From NCBI GenBank assembly GCA_965178125.1, contig OZ237759.1:62001-126000 (forward strand): 64,000 bases of DNA, given 5' to 3'. Of the stretch, positions 1-12,155 are shown piece by piece. The notes under the pieces are model-generated. The model searched no databases and was not told where the DNA came from. It was given only the letters and a program-made list of their open reading frames with translations. A program made the position numbers and the translations under genes. The DNA is from Bilabrum cf. latius (taxonomy: Eukaryota). How positions within the stretch are numbered: the stretch's first letter is position 1; the number at the start of each line of letters is the position of its first letter.

Positions 1-1702
1 CGGAGAACGCCTATGGAAATAGACAAGCAACACCTTAGTGCGGCCCTGCTGTGAAAGGCAGCGAACTACAACAATGGTGGCATGGAATGCAGCGAGACGA
101 ATCGCTCGTCACTGGCCCGCAGGGGCGCATCCGGCTGCCTTGCAGACCACCACTGCAGCCGTACGTGCAGACTGGTCCGATACCTTGCCTACAGATGAAG
201 GTTGTGCTGCGATGAATGGTCCTGCTGAGCGATGGACCGAATACACGAGCCCAGCACCAGCACAGTTCTTGGTGGCTGGGTTCCGAAAGTAAGGATGATA
301 TCGGCCTAACTTTGCGGAGCTGAAGCCCCGCCTCTGCTTGAATATATTTTCATTCAACTAGTATTGTTGTATTTGCAGGAAACTATGCGTAGCCGAGCCG
401 GGGCTAGATCCCCTGCAGGCTCAGCCTCCGCACGAGGTCGCCAAGCTCCGAAAGGTACGCGCGAGCAGTACTGCGGCAGCCAAGATCAAGGAAAACAAGA
501 AGAAATCAAAGCAGTTATTTAATATGATGGGGAGCATTTAGCAGTAGCACGATGAGCTTGAACAAAAGAAGCGTGCACTAGATGTGGAGAAGCAGCAGCT
601 CGCCGCGCTGCGAAAAGAGAAGATGTTGCTCGTGAAACTCATGCAGCATTTGGTTAGGATTGGGGTAACTGAGCGACCAAAGCCGCGCTAGACGGAACCG
701 GCCGAGCAGGCAGGAGGCACCGGTCGTCCCGGTATCCTGTCGATCCGAGCCCCTGCGTCCAAGGCAAGCGCCGATTCTGCAGGTGCCCCTGGCAGCGCAT
801 CCACACCGGGCACAGGGAGATCAATAATCCCACGCCGATCAACCCCAACAGCGGCGGCTCCATTGATTCGCCGCAAGTCCCGCCTCACGGACGCATCTCC
901 CGTGGCAGCAGGCACGCCGGCATCGAGGGGCGCTGCGGGGGCTCGGCGCGTGGACAGCCCCCTCGCCACTCCAGTGGAGAGAAGACAGGAGTCATCGTCA
1001 TCTTCTCGCTTCCCCGTAGGAACACCGAGGCGATCTGCAGAGCCATTCAGCGCGCACACACACAGAGACAGAGACAGAGACAGAGACAGGGGCAGGGGCA
1101 GAGACAGGGGCCCGTCCGTGCAACCAGTCCCCGGTCGCTCCGGGGTGAGGTCAGCGCCAAGGGCCGGGCAGGGGCGGCTGGGGCCGGGAGGGGGAGGGGG
1201 GCTCCGAGTGACGCTCAGCTCTGACGCCACCCCGGCTGAATCTGCCACAGGTGTGGGGCGGCATCACCCGGCCAGCCACAGGTTCCGTGGTTCAGGAGCA
1301 AGCCATGGCTCCAGCCTCGGGCAAGACCTGCATCGCGGTCCCTAGGGCACTGGCCCACCGGTTGGGCTATCTAGCGCCATGCCTGCCCCTGCCAGCTCCA
1401 CCCAGGCAGGCAGACCCGTGAGTCGCCCCCCGACGAGCGCGTCCTTTCGACGAGACGGGACCCAGTCAGCGGACGGCTGGGGTCGGGGTGGGAGCGGCAG
1501 CGGAGCGGCGGAGGGCTGGCACCGAGAGGCAGGGCACGGGTATGGGGGCCATGCGCACGGCCATGACAGGGGCCATGACAGGGGCCATGACAGGGACCGC
1601 GGGAGCGGCCGGGGCAGAGGCAGAGGCCGGGGCAGAGGCGGGGGAAGGGGCTGGGGCGGGGGTGGGCATGCCGGGCGGGGTGGTAGCAGGGGCAGGTGGT
1701 GA
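1..1702 (+). CDS. Hypothetical protein with coiled-coil and long R/G/H/D-rich low-complexity tail; 5'-partial, needs TAG=Gln
   Basis: The frame is open from position 2 except for TAG (20, 539, 545, 689, 1343). A GT-AG intron at 289..378 joins FRK|KLCVAEP. Coiled-coil-like GSI(TAG)Q(TAG)HDELEQKKRALDVEKQQL. Ends TGA at 1700-1702. No family recognised. Confidence 0.6.
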
Positions 1703-1815
1703 GGGGTAGCGGTGCCTGGGACCTTTGCTCGGCTGGCACAATGAATCCACACAAGACCATTCCTAGTTTATTCGATGCAAGGCAGGTGCAAGCTACATCA
1801 AGTCCCAGACCAGAC

Positions 1816-4800
1816 TCAAGCGAATGTCCTCACAATTTCCCGCCTGGCCTGGTCGTACTTGAACCCTGCCCTCCGCAAGGCATCCCCCTCCAAAAAGTCG
1901 GCGATGTCCGTGATGCCGCTCTCCTGCGCAGCCGCGCTCAGATCCCGCTGCTTGATGCGGATCGTGCCCGACTCGGCCCCCGCCCCGTCCCCGTCAAGCA
2001 GCGCGTCCAGCCTCATCTGCCGCCCCACGATCTCTCGCAGATGGAAGAGCAGCAGCTGGTCCGCATCCTTCTAGAAGTCCAGGTACTTGGAGAACTGCCT
2101 CCGCAGCGAGCGCATCACTGAGAACCGCTGGGCCTGGATGAAGCTCTCCAGCATCACCCGGATGGCCATGTTCAGGTCCGTCTCGTCCACCTGGTCCTTG
2201 AGCCCCATGCGCGCGTGTGACTCGGCCATGCGCATGATACTCTCCACGTGTCGCACCGCGATGGGGATTCCGTCGCTTACCGTGGACTCCCGGCGCAGCT
2301 CGGCATACAGCCGCGCCACCCTATCTTGGTTGATGCCAGTCAGCCGGGGCCTGCACGTGGACCGGGCATAGCCGATGTACTTGCGCAGCAGGTCCTGCGA
2401 GACCTCGGGGACCTGGCCTTCCTGGGAGGCTCCCGCCGCGGAGGCAGCCCCCTTTCCGTTCCCTGCTGCTGCTTCGTCTTCGTCCTCGTCCTCGCTGCCT
2501 GCACGGCGCTTGGGCGGGGTGCCCGGGGTCTTGTCATTCCCCGACGCGGCGGCCCCTTCCTACCCCTCGCCCCCCCCCTGTCCTTGGCCGGCCTTCCGCG
2601 CCTCCGGGTGGGACCGGCTGTGCGACCGCAGCACGTGCCTTGCGAGCCGCTCGTCTTTGACTGCATCCACCGTGTCCTGCAGGACGCACAGGATGTCGAA
2701 GCGAGACAGGATCGGATCAGTTAGCTGCACGTTCTCAGCGAACGTCTTGGCGGGGTCGTATCTGCCGCCCACCGGGTTGGCAGCGGCGATCACGGCGCAC
2801 CTGGCCTGCAGAGTGGTGACGATACCCGCCTTGGAGATGGAGATGCTCTACTGCTCCATGGCCTCGTGGATGCTGGTCCTGTCCGCGTCCCCCATCTTGT
2901 CGAACTCATCGATGAGGCAGACCCCCCTATCGGCCAGCACCAGGGCGCCCCCCTCCAGGGTCCACTCCCGAGTGACTGGGTCCTTGTGCACAGAGGCAGT
3001 CAGACCCACGGCGGAAGCGCCCTTCCCGGTCGTGTACACGGCCCGGGGAGCCGTCGTCTCCACGTACTTGAGGAACTGCGACTTGGCCACCCCGGGGTCT
3101 CCCAGCATGAGCATGTTGATGTCCCCGCGGATCCTGTGCTTGCGGTTCACGTCCTTCTCCACGCCCCCGAACATGGACAGCGCCAAGCCCAGCTTGACGT
3201 GTTCGTGCCCATAGATGGAGGGCGCAATGCTGGAGCAGAGCTGCTTGACCACGTCCGGAGACCTGGACAGCTCCTCGATGGCGTCCTTGTCCTCCTGCGT
3301 CAGGTGGTCCGCTGCATTGGCGTCCTCCCTCCTCTCGATGTAGTTCGCCTCCATCACAGTGGAGAACACGGGGAAGCCCTGCCTTGTATTGAGCCCCGCG
3401 TCATAGGCGTGCGTGTACACCCCCGTGACCTCGATCTCCTCGCCAGGCCTCGCAGCGTCAATCAGGTCACCCAGCAGCACCACCTCCTTGTAGCGGGGCA
3501 CCCGGCCAGCGGGCACCTGCGAGGGGGACTCCTGCAGCGTGATCTTCTGGTAGTTGCGGTACACGGTCTGCTCGCTGTTGAGTGTGAAGGGCCCGGCGGC
3601 CTGGCACTCGGAGCACTGCGAGATCCTGGGCTCCCCGTCGTCGCGGACCATCACGGGAGCCGTGACGTTGCCGCACCGCTGGCAGGTGAACCGGGCGAGC
3701 TTGAGCTGGGGGAACACGGAGGTCCTGCGAGTGACCACTCCGTGCACCTGAATGAGGCAGTTGAGGTGGGACTGCCTCAACTCCCGCAGGCTGTCTCGGA
3801 TGGGCAAGTGGGTGATGCGGACCACGATGTCCTCGTCTGCCGATGTGTCCTCGAGGAAGTGTGGGAAGGCCGCCAGGACGGATTCCTTGGCCACTGCGTT
3901 GAGTATGGGAAGCAGCAGCTTGGGCACGTCTGCCAGCCAGATGGCCAGCGAGGGCACCGCCTGCGTGAGGTGGATGTACGACACCAGCAAGCTCCGGGAG
4001 TTCGAGGCCACCAGCTGGCGGATGGCAGCAGCGTACACGTGCTCGTTCTTCCTGTTGCGGAACGTAGACAGGAACCATCTCTGCGTGATAAACAACGAAG
4101 GATTGAGCGAGCAATGTAAGGATGTGAGCTCCAGTTTCGACTTGACGAACAGTCCTCTCGGCTTAACCTAGCCGCATTAGGGCACTCACGAACAATCTCT
4201 TAATTTCTTGTGTAGTTGCCTCTTGCTGGACCCACTCATGCAGGGGCATGTCATACTCCTGCAGGTCAAACGGCGCATAGGCCACCTCTTCATCATCGGC
4301 CGCACCTGTCTTCGCTCGCTTGGCGGCAGCAGTTGTTTCGAACGCCTCAATATCCTCTTCGCCAGCTTCTTCATCATCCAATGCGCGAGGTCGCACGCCA
4401 TGCCGATTGTCTCGCTCATCCATAGCGGCCTCGGCTCGGGCCCGTTCACCCGCCGATAGCCCGCCGAAATCACGATCATCGATTGCGTCCGCATCGTACC
4501 TATCCAGTGCCTCAATCTTTCGATAGTCCGCCCTGTGAAGTATGTAAAAACATCGATGGTACTATACAGCCGCATACACGTGAAAATTGGGCCAGTGGCT
4601 ACCATGCAGTGACTAGATTCAACAGCGCAAGCTTGCACAACACTCACCGCATTAGGGCATCGTCCAACAGATCCTCGCCCTCAGGTTCGCTGGACGGTGG
4701 ATTCTCTGATGATGGAAGGGACCGTGCAGCAGCCTCTTCCTCATCTCTCTGCCCGCGCTTGCGCTTTCTCGAACCGTCACCTCTACCTGACTGCGATCTC

Positions 4801-4890
4801 ATACAAAATCGGCGCATGCTTGCAATAGAAGCAGTGGAAGAGATAAACTAGTTTAATTTTTGGGCAAACTTTCGAAACAGTTCTCACCAT
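1816..4890 (-). CDS. MCM2: DNA replication licensing factor MCM2
   Basis: MCM motifs [29 protein letters not shown](TAG)[10 protein letters not shown] and LSRFD, a Zn finger (CQRC..CSEC) and the MCM2-type N-terminus [12 protein letters not shown]. Introns 4081..4189 and 4533..4647, and probably 4791..4887 (alternative starts at 4802/4817). In-frame TAG at 2848, 2560, 2071. Ends TGA. Confidence 0.95.
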
Positions 4891-5037
4891 GCTTGGAAAG
4901 TGGTACCGTTTGGTGCCAACTTTGTCTTTTTTGAGCCAGCCTCTCTCAACCGGCGATTGGGCGGGCGCTGCGCTTTCTGATTTGCATTAGTTCCGCAGGA
5001 GAGCAACAGAGCCAATTCTATCTTGGCTGCGCCAGGT

Positions 5038-6789
5038 ATGGCGAGTGCTTCGTAGCTAAAGCAGCGGCTACCTGCTCCCAAGTAGTCAAGTTACGTCGTA
5101 GCTGAGGAGCAGCATGGGGAGGCCGGGCTTCCATCAACTTCAGGCCTGGCGGGTACAACGGACGCTTCCCAGCAGCTGGTGGCACATGCTGGTGCAAACC
5201 AGAGCAGACTTGTGCACGCTAAGTTTGGAGATCTTGTGGAAAGGGCTGGCTCGGATGGAGCGGTGGAGACCATCACGTAGGAGGAAGAGGAAGCGACTGC
5301 AGACCGTACGGCGGCAGCGTTGGCGAAGCTTGTCGGAGCCAGCGTAGCCGCTTCTCGAGCAGTACAGCTCCCTACGCAGTCCGAGGATAGGCATAAATAG
5401 AGCGAATTTGTGCACTACAAGCCAGACGCAGATGCGCCCGGCTTCAACCCAGCAGCAAGCCAAAGGGTGATCCGAGTGGTTGAGGCGCCCGTGGATCCGC
5501 TCGAGCCCCCCAAGTTCAAGCACAAGAAGATTCCAAGGGGCCAGGGCTCTCCACCAGTTCCAGTCATGCACGCCCCTGCAAAGAAGCTCACGGCTGCCGA
5601 CCAGGAGGCATGGGACATCCCTCCCGTGGTGAGCAACTACAAGAACCCCAAGGGATTCTCAGTGTCCCTCGACAAGCGTGCCACCATGGACGGCAGGGCG
5701 CTGCTGCAGGTCGAGGCATCTGACCGCTTCGCTGCCATGGCAGAGACCTTGCACCTCACGCGACAGGCACAGGCACGGGAGCTGGAGCTGCGCGCGGCCA
5801 TGCGCCGTCGGGAGAGGGAGGAGGCTCGCCGGGCAGAGGACGCCAAGATCAGGGAGCTGGCGGCGCAGCAGCGGGCAGAGCGAGCGGGCCTACTGGAGGG
5901 GGATGAGGAGGGCGTGGCGGGGGCCTCGATGGCTCCCACGCTGCCTGGCTTGTCGGGGCAGTCCGCGGGGGCCTCGGCGGGCGCTTCATCCTCCAGCGCG
6001 GCAGCTTCAGCCGAAGGTGCAGGCGCGGGGCAGGGGGCGATGAGCAGCGCCGAGCTGGCCCGGGAGGCCATGCGAGAGGTCAGGAAGCGGCTCCGGGCAG
6101 CGGACGAGGCAGGAGCCCCGGGGGACGATCGGGGCGGGAAGCGGGCGCGCCGCATGCCCCGCTCGAGCCAACCAGGGGACGAGGAGAGAGATGTGTCGGA
6201 GCGCATCGCGCTCGGCCTCTCCGCTGGAGGCGCGGCTGCTGCAGCGGCCCGGGGCGGCGAGGCGATGTTTGATTCCCGTCTGTTCGAGAAGGGGGCTTCA
6301 CAGGGGGGACTGGGGTCCTCTTTCGGGGCCAGCGATGATGTGTATAACGTGTATTCGGAGCCTCTGCGGACCGGGGCCGCACCACAGGGACAGTACCGGC
6401 CGCGCGGGCTGGGTGCAGGCGGGCAGGACCCGGATGCGACAGCAGCCGCGATCGACGCGAGTGCCGCGAAAAAGTTCGGCACGGGTGTCACTGGTGGGGG
6501 AGATGGCGGGGAAGACTTTGAGGGAGTGGCTGTGCGGCGCGCACCGGGCCCTGTGGTGCTGGAGAAGGCCAGCGCAGATGGCTCTGCTGCCAGCTCCAGC
6601 AGCAGCGCTGCGAGCGGCTCTGCACTCGATGCCGCTCTTAGCAGCTCTAGCAGTGGAGCTGGGGGCCGATAGTCTACCTTCGCTCACATTGGCAAGTCTG
6701 GGTTCATGCGAGCTGCAGCTGGATCTGCATCGCTGGGTGGCGAGACAGGTGGGACTTCGAGACGGAAGAGATCCATTGAATTTGAGTGA
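5038..6789 (+). CDS. SNW1: SNW domain-containing protein 1 (SKIP/Prp45), splicing factor, ~583 aa, intronless
   Basis: RVIRVVEAPVDPLEPPKFKHKKIPRG, PPVPVMH, WDIPPVVSNYKNPKG, ERDVSERIALG, FDSRLF. Single frame from ATG 5038 with TAG at 5053, 5083, 5278, 5398, 6670. Reading through 6670 restores a SKIP-like C-terminus (HIGKSGFMRA...SIEFE) ending TGA. Confidence 0.93.
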
Positions 6790-6829
6790 GTTTGAAACCA
6801 TCAATATCAGGACCGACTCTATCATTCAA

Positions 6830-7342
6830 TTAACCTGTTGCTGGCGCCTCTTGAATCTTGTGCTTAGCTTGAAAGCGAGCTCTATCCGAGGCTACTCTTT
6901 TGTGCTCGGCAACGAGCTTGTCGAGGAGCTTAGAGACGTTCGCCAAGTTCTCCGCCACGGCTGGCTTTACATCAGATACCTATCTCTAAGCAAGCACACC
7001 CCCAATCAAACGGAAGCACTTCCGTGTTCCCTCAAGCTTCCCTAAGATTGAAATTACCCGCCTGCAGGAGGTGCAATTCAAAGGGAACGGTTGGGCTGTA
7101 ATCTTCGAGTTTCGGAAGAGCTATATCATCACCAAAGCAGTACATACTCACTCATGCTCGGCCTTTTCCCTTTGGATATCTCCAATTTTGCTCTCCAGTG
7201 CATTCTCATGCTGCTGCAGCTGTCTGAATACATTCACTATCTCTTGTGGTGACGAAAATTCCCTGTCAAGAATGCTTTCCGTGCTGCCCGCCGGAGCAGC
7301 TGCGGCTGACTTTGTAGGGGTACTTCCACTTGTTGCAGCCAT
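6830..7342 (-). CDS. PFDN2: Prefoldin subunit 2
   Basis: QEIVNVFRQLQQ...KIGDIQREKAEHE|RVISILGKLEGTRKCFRLIGGVLA(TAG)R(TAG)VSDVKPAV matches the PFD2 core RKCYRMVGGVLVERTV. Intron 7062..7151. TAG at 6986 and 6980. Ends TAA at 6830-6832. The ORF track misses exon 2. Confidence 0.88.
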
Positions 7343-7584
7343 CTCACCCGTGAGACCAAAGTGTACCGAGGATACGATGACAGCAGTGGCCGCATTCGAA
7401 TCTGGTTTATCATTTTGTAACGAACAGGTTGAAAAAACGGAGAATGCCGTATGTCACAGGTACAAAGGGACAATCGGGGTTACTATCAAGTCGTCATAGC
7501 GAGTGCATACGTATTCTTGTTAGCATGCGCACACTGCCGCATGAATGGACTCCGTGACACATGAGCTGGTTTTGAAGTTGCAAC

Positions 7585-10500
7585 ATGGGCTCAGCACGGC
7601 CGCCTTCTTGGTTTGCGAGCAAGCAAGACCCGATAGGCCTGGATGAGTACGGTCTTATGTTTAATTTGTATGTTCGCACGTTGGGTTCAGTGGATTCAGC
7701 GAAGCTGGCATTTGAGACCGATGTGCCATTTCTGGTTCGTAGCGGGGAGCTACGACCGTACGGGGAAGAAATGAAGCAGCTATTCCCTGATTTCGACCAT
7801 CTAACGCAAGCGATACCGCCCATTTTATCGAGTGGCTCCGCAAAAGTTGTGGTGCCTAGTGAGCGCGCGAAGGAGCGCCTCAAGACCGTTGCTCAGGCGT
7901 AGACTGCTAGCGCTGTAGCGCCAGACATCCCCAAAGCAGCTGCAATACAGCCCGCATTGTCAACCACAGAGTCTAGGAGGCAACAGCCGCGCGGCACTGC
8001 GCTATCTTTAAGACCCTCAAGCTCTCTAGGTAGCTTGATCGTGAGCACCTCCACGGACCCACCCCGCAAGGTGCACCACACTATCCCGGTCGTCCGTGCC
8101 GTCATGGAGGTATACCTCTTCCTTCGAGCGGGGGGCATGATGCGGGATAGCACAGATAAGGACGGGGTGGCACGCTTTGTCCAGGGCCAGTGGCGGCCCA
8201 CGGTGGCTCGGCTGGTGGGCAGTCGATTTGACGTGTCCCTCACCGAGCGGCAGGTCACCAACATCGTGCAGCACAGGAACAAGCTATTGCGCAGTAGGCT
8301 CCAAAACACCACAGATGGTGCAGTGGAGGCGAGTGGCAGCAGCGCTAGTGGCAATAAGAACGCTGATGCCGGCAGTAGTGGCGATGCAGGCAGCAGAAAC
8401 AGCAGCAGCCCCTAGAAGATTGGTGATGCAGGCAGCAGAAACAGCAGCAGCCCCTAGAAGAAGGGGCCAACGGGATTCGAGTGGCTGACTGAATCGATCG
8501 AGCACAACTTTTTGCTGTGCAACAGCAGGGGCAGGGTGATGAGGCCTCGACAGAAGCACGTGGGCCAGTCGGGGCCCCGCTTCCCCTCCGACCCGGCGTG
8601 GGCCTCCTCGCGCGTACCCCCCGAGGAGCAGGCCAGGCTGAGGGCCGGGCCTTTGCGGCAGACGAACGGCAGCGCTTCGGCCAGCAGTCACACCGCGCAT
8701 ACGCATGGAAATAGTGGGGCCGCATCCGGCACAGTTGCATCGCGTGCCAGCGCCTGGCAGTCTGCGCCGCTTGCTGCAGTGGAGGCGGCGGCTGCAGCCG
8801 CAGCTGCCACGATGCAGATGTCCTGGATGGGGCCTTCGGTGGCGGCACTGTCTCGCGGGATGGAGGGGGCAGGGGGACTGGGGGGCAGGCACAGCGGGGC
8901 ATGGGAGGGTACTATGCAGTAGCATCAGCATCAGCATCAGCATCAGCATCAGCAGCCTGCCAACAGTGACGAGATGGAGGCGGCAGAGGCGGCTGCGGCA
9001 GCCGCTGCCGCCGCTGCCGCTCACTCCATCCAGCAAGGCATCAGCGGAGACCGCTCTATGGATGCAGATGACTAGCCGCTTGGGGTGAAACGGCCGCGAG
9101 AAAACGAGACCGTGCTCGCAGCTACGGCCCGCGCGGAAGCAGTATCTTACTCGGCAAAGGAGGAGGACAAACGGTGGAGCAGCCTGCTTCAGGGCCTCGG
9201 CAAGGCCAACGGGGCGCCCACTGGAGAGGAGGGATCTCCATGGAGCGCGGGGGCTGAGGTATAGGCCATGCGCGCGGCAGAATGGCTCGCTGGACTCGAT
9301 TAGCAGCCGAACAGCAAGGGTGGGGACGAGGGCGGGCAGGATACCAGTGCGCCTTCATTTGCACCCGAAACCGAAAGTCAGGGCGCTAAGAAACGCAAGT
9401 TGGAGAGCGGTTCGGGTGCTTGGAGAGGTATTGCGAGTAAAGTCGATGGCGATGGTAATGTCAATACGGGACAGCCGGCCGCGTCTAGGTCAGGGGTGCG
9501 TGATGTGATGCAGCGGGCTAGGCAGCATGCTGGTCTTGCAGAGGCCTTGGTGGGGCTGCGTGCGGCTGCTCTGGATGCCTTGGGACGCGCACAAGGCCCA
9601 GCCTTGGCTGCGGCGGCAAAAAGCATCGCCCCTCGACGCGTGCAACTGCTGGCCCTGTTTCCAGTTGCGGAGGCAGTCAGCGCTGCGGTTCGCGATCTGT
9701 CGGCTCAAGGAGCCGCCTAGTTCATCGAGCACTCGGCATGGCCCAAAGTTAGGGCCCTCTCGGGTGTTGCGCATGCTATTGCGGCAGGGCAGTCTGCTCA
9801 GGGGGGGGCAATCGCAGGGTCCCATCGAGATTCCCGCTTGGGCTCGATGGACGGCAAGGCCCCCAGCAACAGCGGCAATGCCTCGAGTAGAGCATCCCGC
9901 TGCCAGCACAAGTCGTTGGACCTGCAGGTGGGCAGCCCTGTGGCGGGTCCCAGCGCGGACTCTCCGCTTGTCTCCCCTAGCCGCTGGGACGGCCTATCAC
10001 CAGCGAGAGCCTCGGCGGGCACGGGGGAGGGGGAGGAGGAGCAGCCCGAGGCGGTGGGGAAGGGCCCCAGCCTGCCAGCTGTCAAATGGGTCAGACGCGA
10101 AGGTGAGGGCGAGAGCAGCAGAGCAAGTGGTCAAGCAGCTGGTGGGATCGCGGCAGGGGCCGCACCTCGTGTTCGCGTGGGCGAGCCAGGGACAGCACAG
10201 TCTGAAGGAGGGGCTGGAGCTGGGCGCGCTGGGAGTCACCGCAAGCTAGAGTCGTCGGTCGGTGGTTAGGGAACACCGAGAGGGGTCGTCACCGAGCCGC
10301 ATAGCGGGCGTATGGCGAGGGACGAAACAGGAGGGAGCTCTAGCATCGCATCAGCTGACCGGCTGAGGGTCATCGGGTACTCTGCCGGGTCTCGGTTGGG
10401 GAGTCGCGACGGGATTGGACAAGGTAGCCCGCACTTCTTCCGAATGGATCGGCTGGACGGTACTGGGAGTGATGTGGGCAGTGGGATCCACGACTCGGAT

Positions 10501-10662
10501 GATGAGGGGTTGGGTGGGCACGGGGGGTCACCATCCGCGGGCCTGCAGGTGGATGGAGAGGCGGAGGGAGAGGGGGGCGTGCATGTGGGGGTGCCGGTCA
10601 GTGCTCGGAGGTATTCAGAGGAAGGGGGACTGGGATGGAATGGACCTGGAACAACAACTTGA
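7585..10662 (+). CDS. Hypothetical protein, ~1025 aa, intronless, nine in-frame TAG codons
   Basis: ORFs 7585, 7957, 8512, 9400, 9838 and 10312 share one frame and are separated only by TAG (7900, 8413, 8455, 8920, 9073, 9262, 9301, 9718, 10267). No TAA/TGA until 10660. NLS-like KRPRE and KKRKL motifs. Confidence 0.7.
8380..8460 (+). repeat. 42-bp-period tandem duplication inside the CDS (GDAGSRNSSSP-TAG-K x2)
   Basis: GGYGATGCAGGCAGCAGAAACAGCAGCAGCCCCTAGAAG occurs twice, 42 bp apart. Confidence 0.85.
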
Positions 10663-10964
10663 GATCGTCTTACACACCAAAATAGCAGTTGACTAAGGCT
10701 TGTCATCATTGTCAGCGTCTGCCAGTGGCAGGTCAGGTGGCGCTGCCCGTGGCTCCAAGCCCGCCCGGGGGACTGCTCCATCAATCGAATAAGATACCAC
10801 GACACTGACTTAGCGGCCCAGGACCCCAACCCTCAATTGCTTGGTATTTCGGGGGTTAAGGGTTGTCACTGCACTGCCAGAGACTGGCAGTGGCAGCGTC
10901 AACAGTGCCTCCGCTCGCATAATCCGGAATCGAGGGATCCGACCGAAATCATTGTCTTGAACTC

Positions 10965-11839
10965 ATGGCAGGAGCAGCCCCCGTGGATAAGAAATACCAA
11001 TGGAATGTTTTTGATGACAAGGCAGCTCTAGGCTCTGCTTTGGGTGAAGCGGTCGCCAAGGCAGCGGATGATGCAGTGAAGTCTCGGGGCAGGTTTCATG
11101 TCGCAATCTCAGGTGGCTCTCTTCCGAGTGTATGGCGGAAAATGTTTGCAACAACTGCTATAATATATGCATTGATATGCTAGTATTCATCTCCCCCTTT
11201 ATTTTGACGTTGCAGATTCTGGCGAAAGGCTTAGCGGGCCAGGATCTTCCGGCTGGGAAGTTGTGGACCGTGTGGTTCGCAGACGAGCGCTGCGTTCCGG
11301 CAAGCAGCGACGATTCCAACGAAAAGGGCGTTCAATCTAGCGTGATTGCGGATGGGGGCCTGGAGGGAGCCGCAGTCGAGGGAATCAACTTGAAGGAAGG
11401 TGATTCTACTGATCCCACCACAATTGCCAAGGACTACGAGGCACGACTGCTGAAAGACTGCCCAACGAATGATGCAGGGATGCCAGTCTTAGATCTAGTG
11501 CTACTTGGTATGGGTCCTGACGGCCACACTGCTTCTCTATTCCCCGGCCACGCGCTGCTGGGTGAAGCAACCTCGGCTGTCGCCGCTATTGCGGACAGCC
11601 CCAAGCCGCCTTCCCAGCGAATCACGCTAACATATCCCACAATCAAGGCTGCTCATGGCTGCTGGTTTGTAGTTACTGGTGCCGGCAAGCAGGAGGCAGT
11701 TAAGTCCGTGAGAAGCTCGCTGGATGCAGTCGAGGGGGACGCCTCCGAGGCGCTGCCTGCCGGCCGCATTCGAGGGGATGAGACGGCAGATTTACGGTGG
11801 TTTTTGGATGTAGCGGCAAACGGAGCTACTGGAAAGTGA
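10965..11839 (+). CDS. PGLS: 6-phosphogluconolactonase
   Basis: FHVAISGGSLP, WFADERCVP, DDSN, LDLVLLGMGPDGHTASLFPGH, DSPKPPSQRITLT. Intron 11130..11215. Ends TGA. No in-frame TAG seen. Confidence 0.93.
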
Positions 11840-12155
11840 TCATGGTGCTCCAGGCCGCACAAGTGCCATTTTAGCTGTTGGCCAATAGCAGTGCTGCAGC
11901 CGGTGGCGAGGTACCAGTAGCACTACCAGTAGCGTGGGTTCGCAAACGTTGCATCTGGCCGGCGAACGGCACTTTCAGCTGACATTAAATTCGAGTCATG
12001 GTATGGCTACCCGAGAAATGAATGCCGAAGCACCGTAATGCTTCATGTTGGCCACAAACTGCTTGCGACCACATTGAATGAAGATGAAGATCATTCCCAA
12101 CAGAAACTTAAGGTTTGTGAATGCTGTCATCACGCCATAAAGTGGAGCAAGCAAC

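Noticed and set aside
10663-12155. tRNA-Gln(CUA) or another ncRNA in intergenic spacers, including the hairpin CACTGCCAG-AGA-CTGGCAGTG at ~10872-10892
   Set aside because: No cloverleaf or A/B-box pattern was found by eye here or in the other spacers. A single 9-bp stem is insufficient. The suppressor-type tRNA is presumably elsewhere in the genome.
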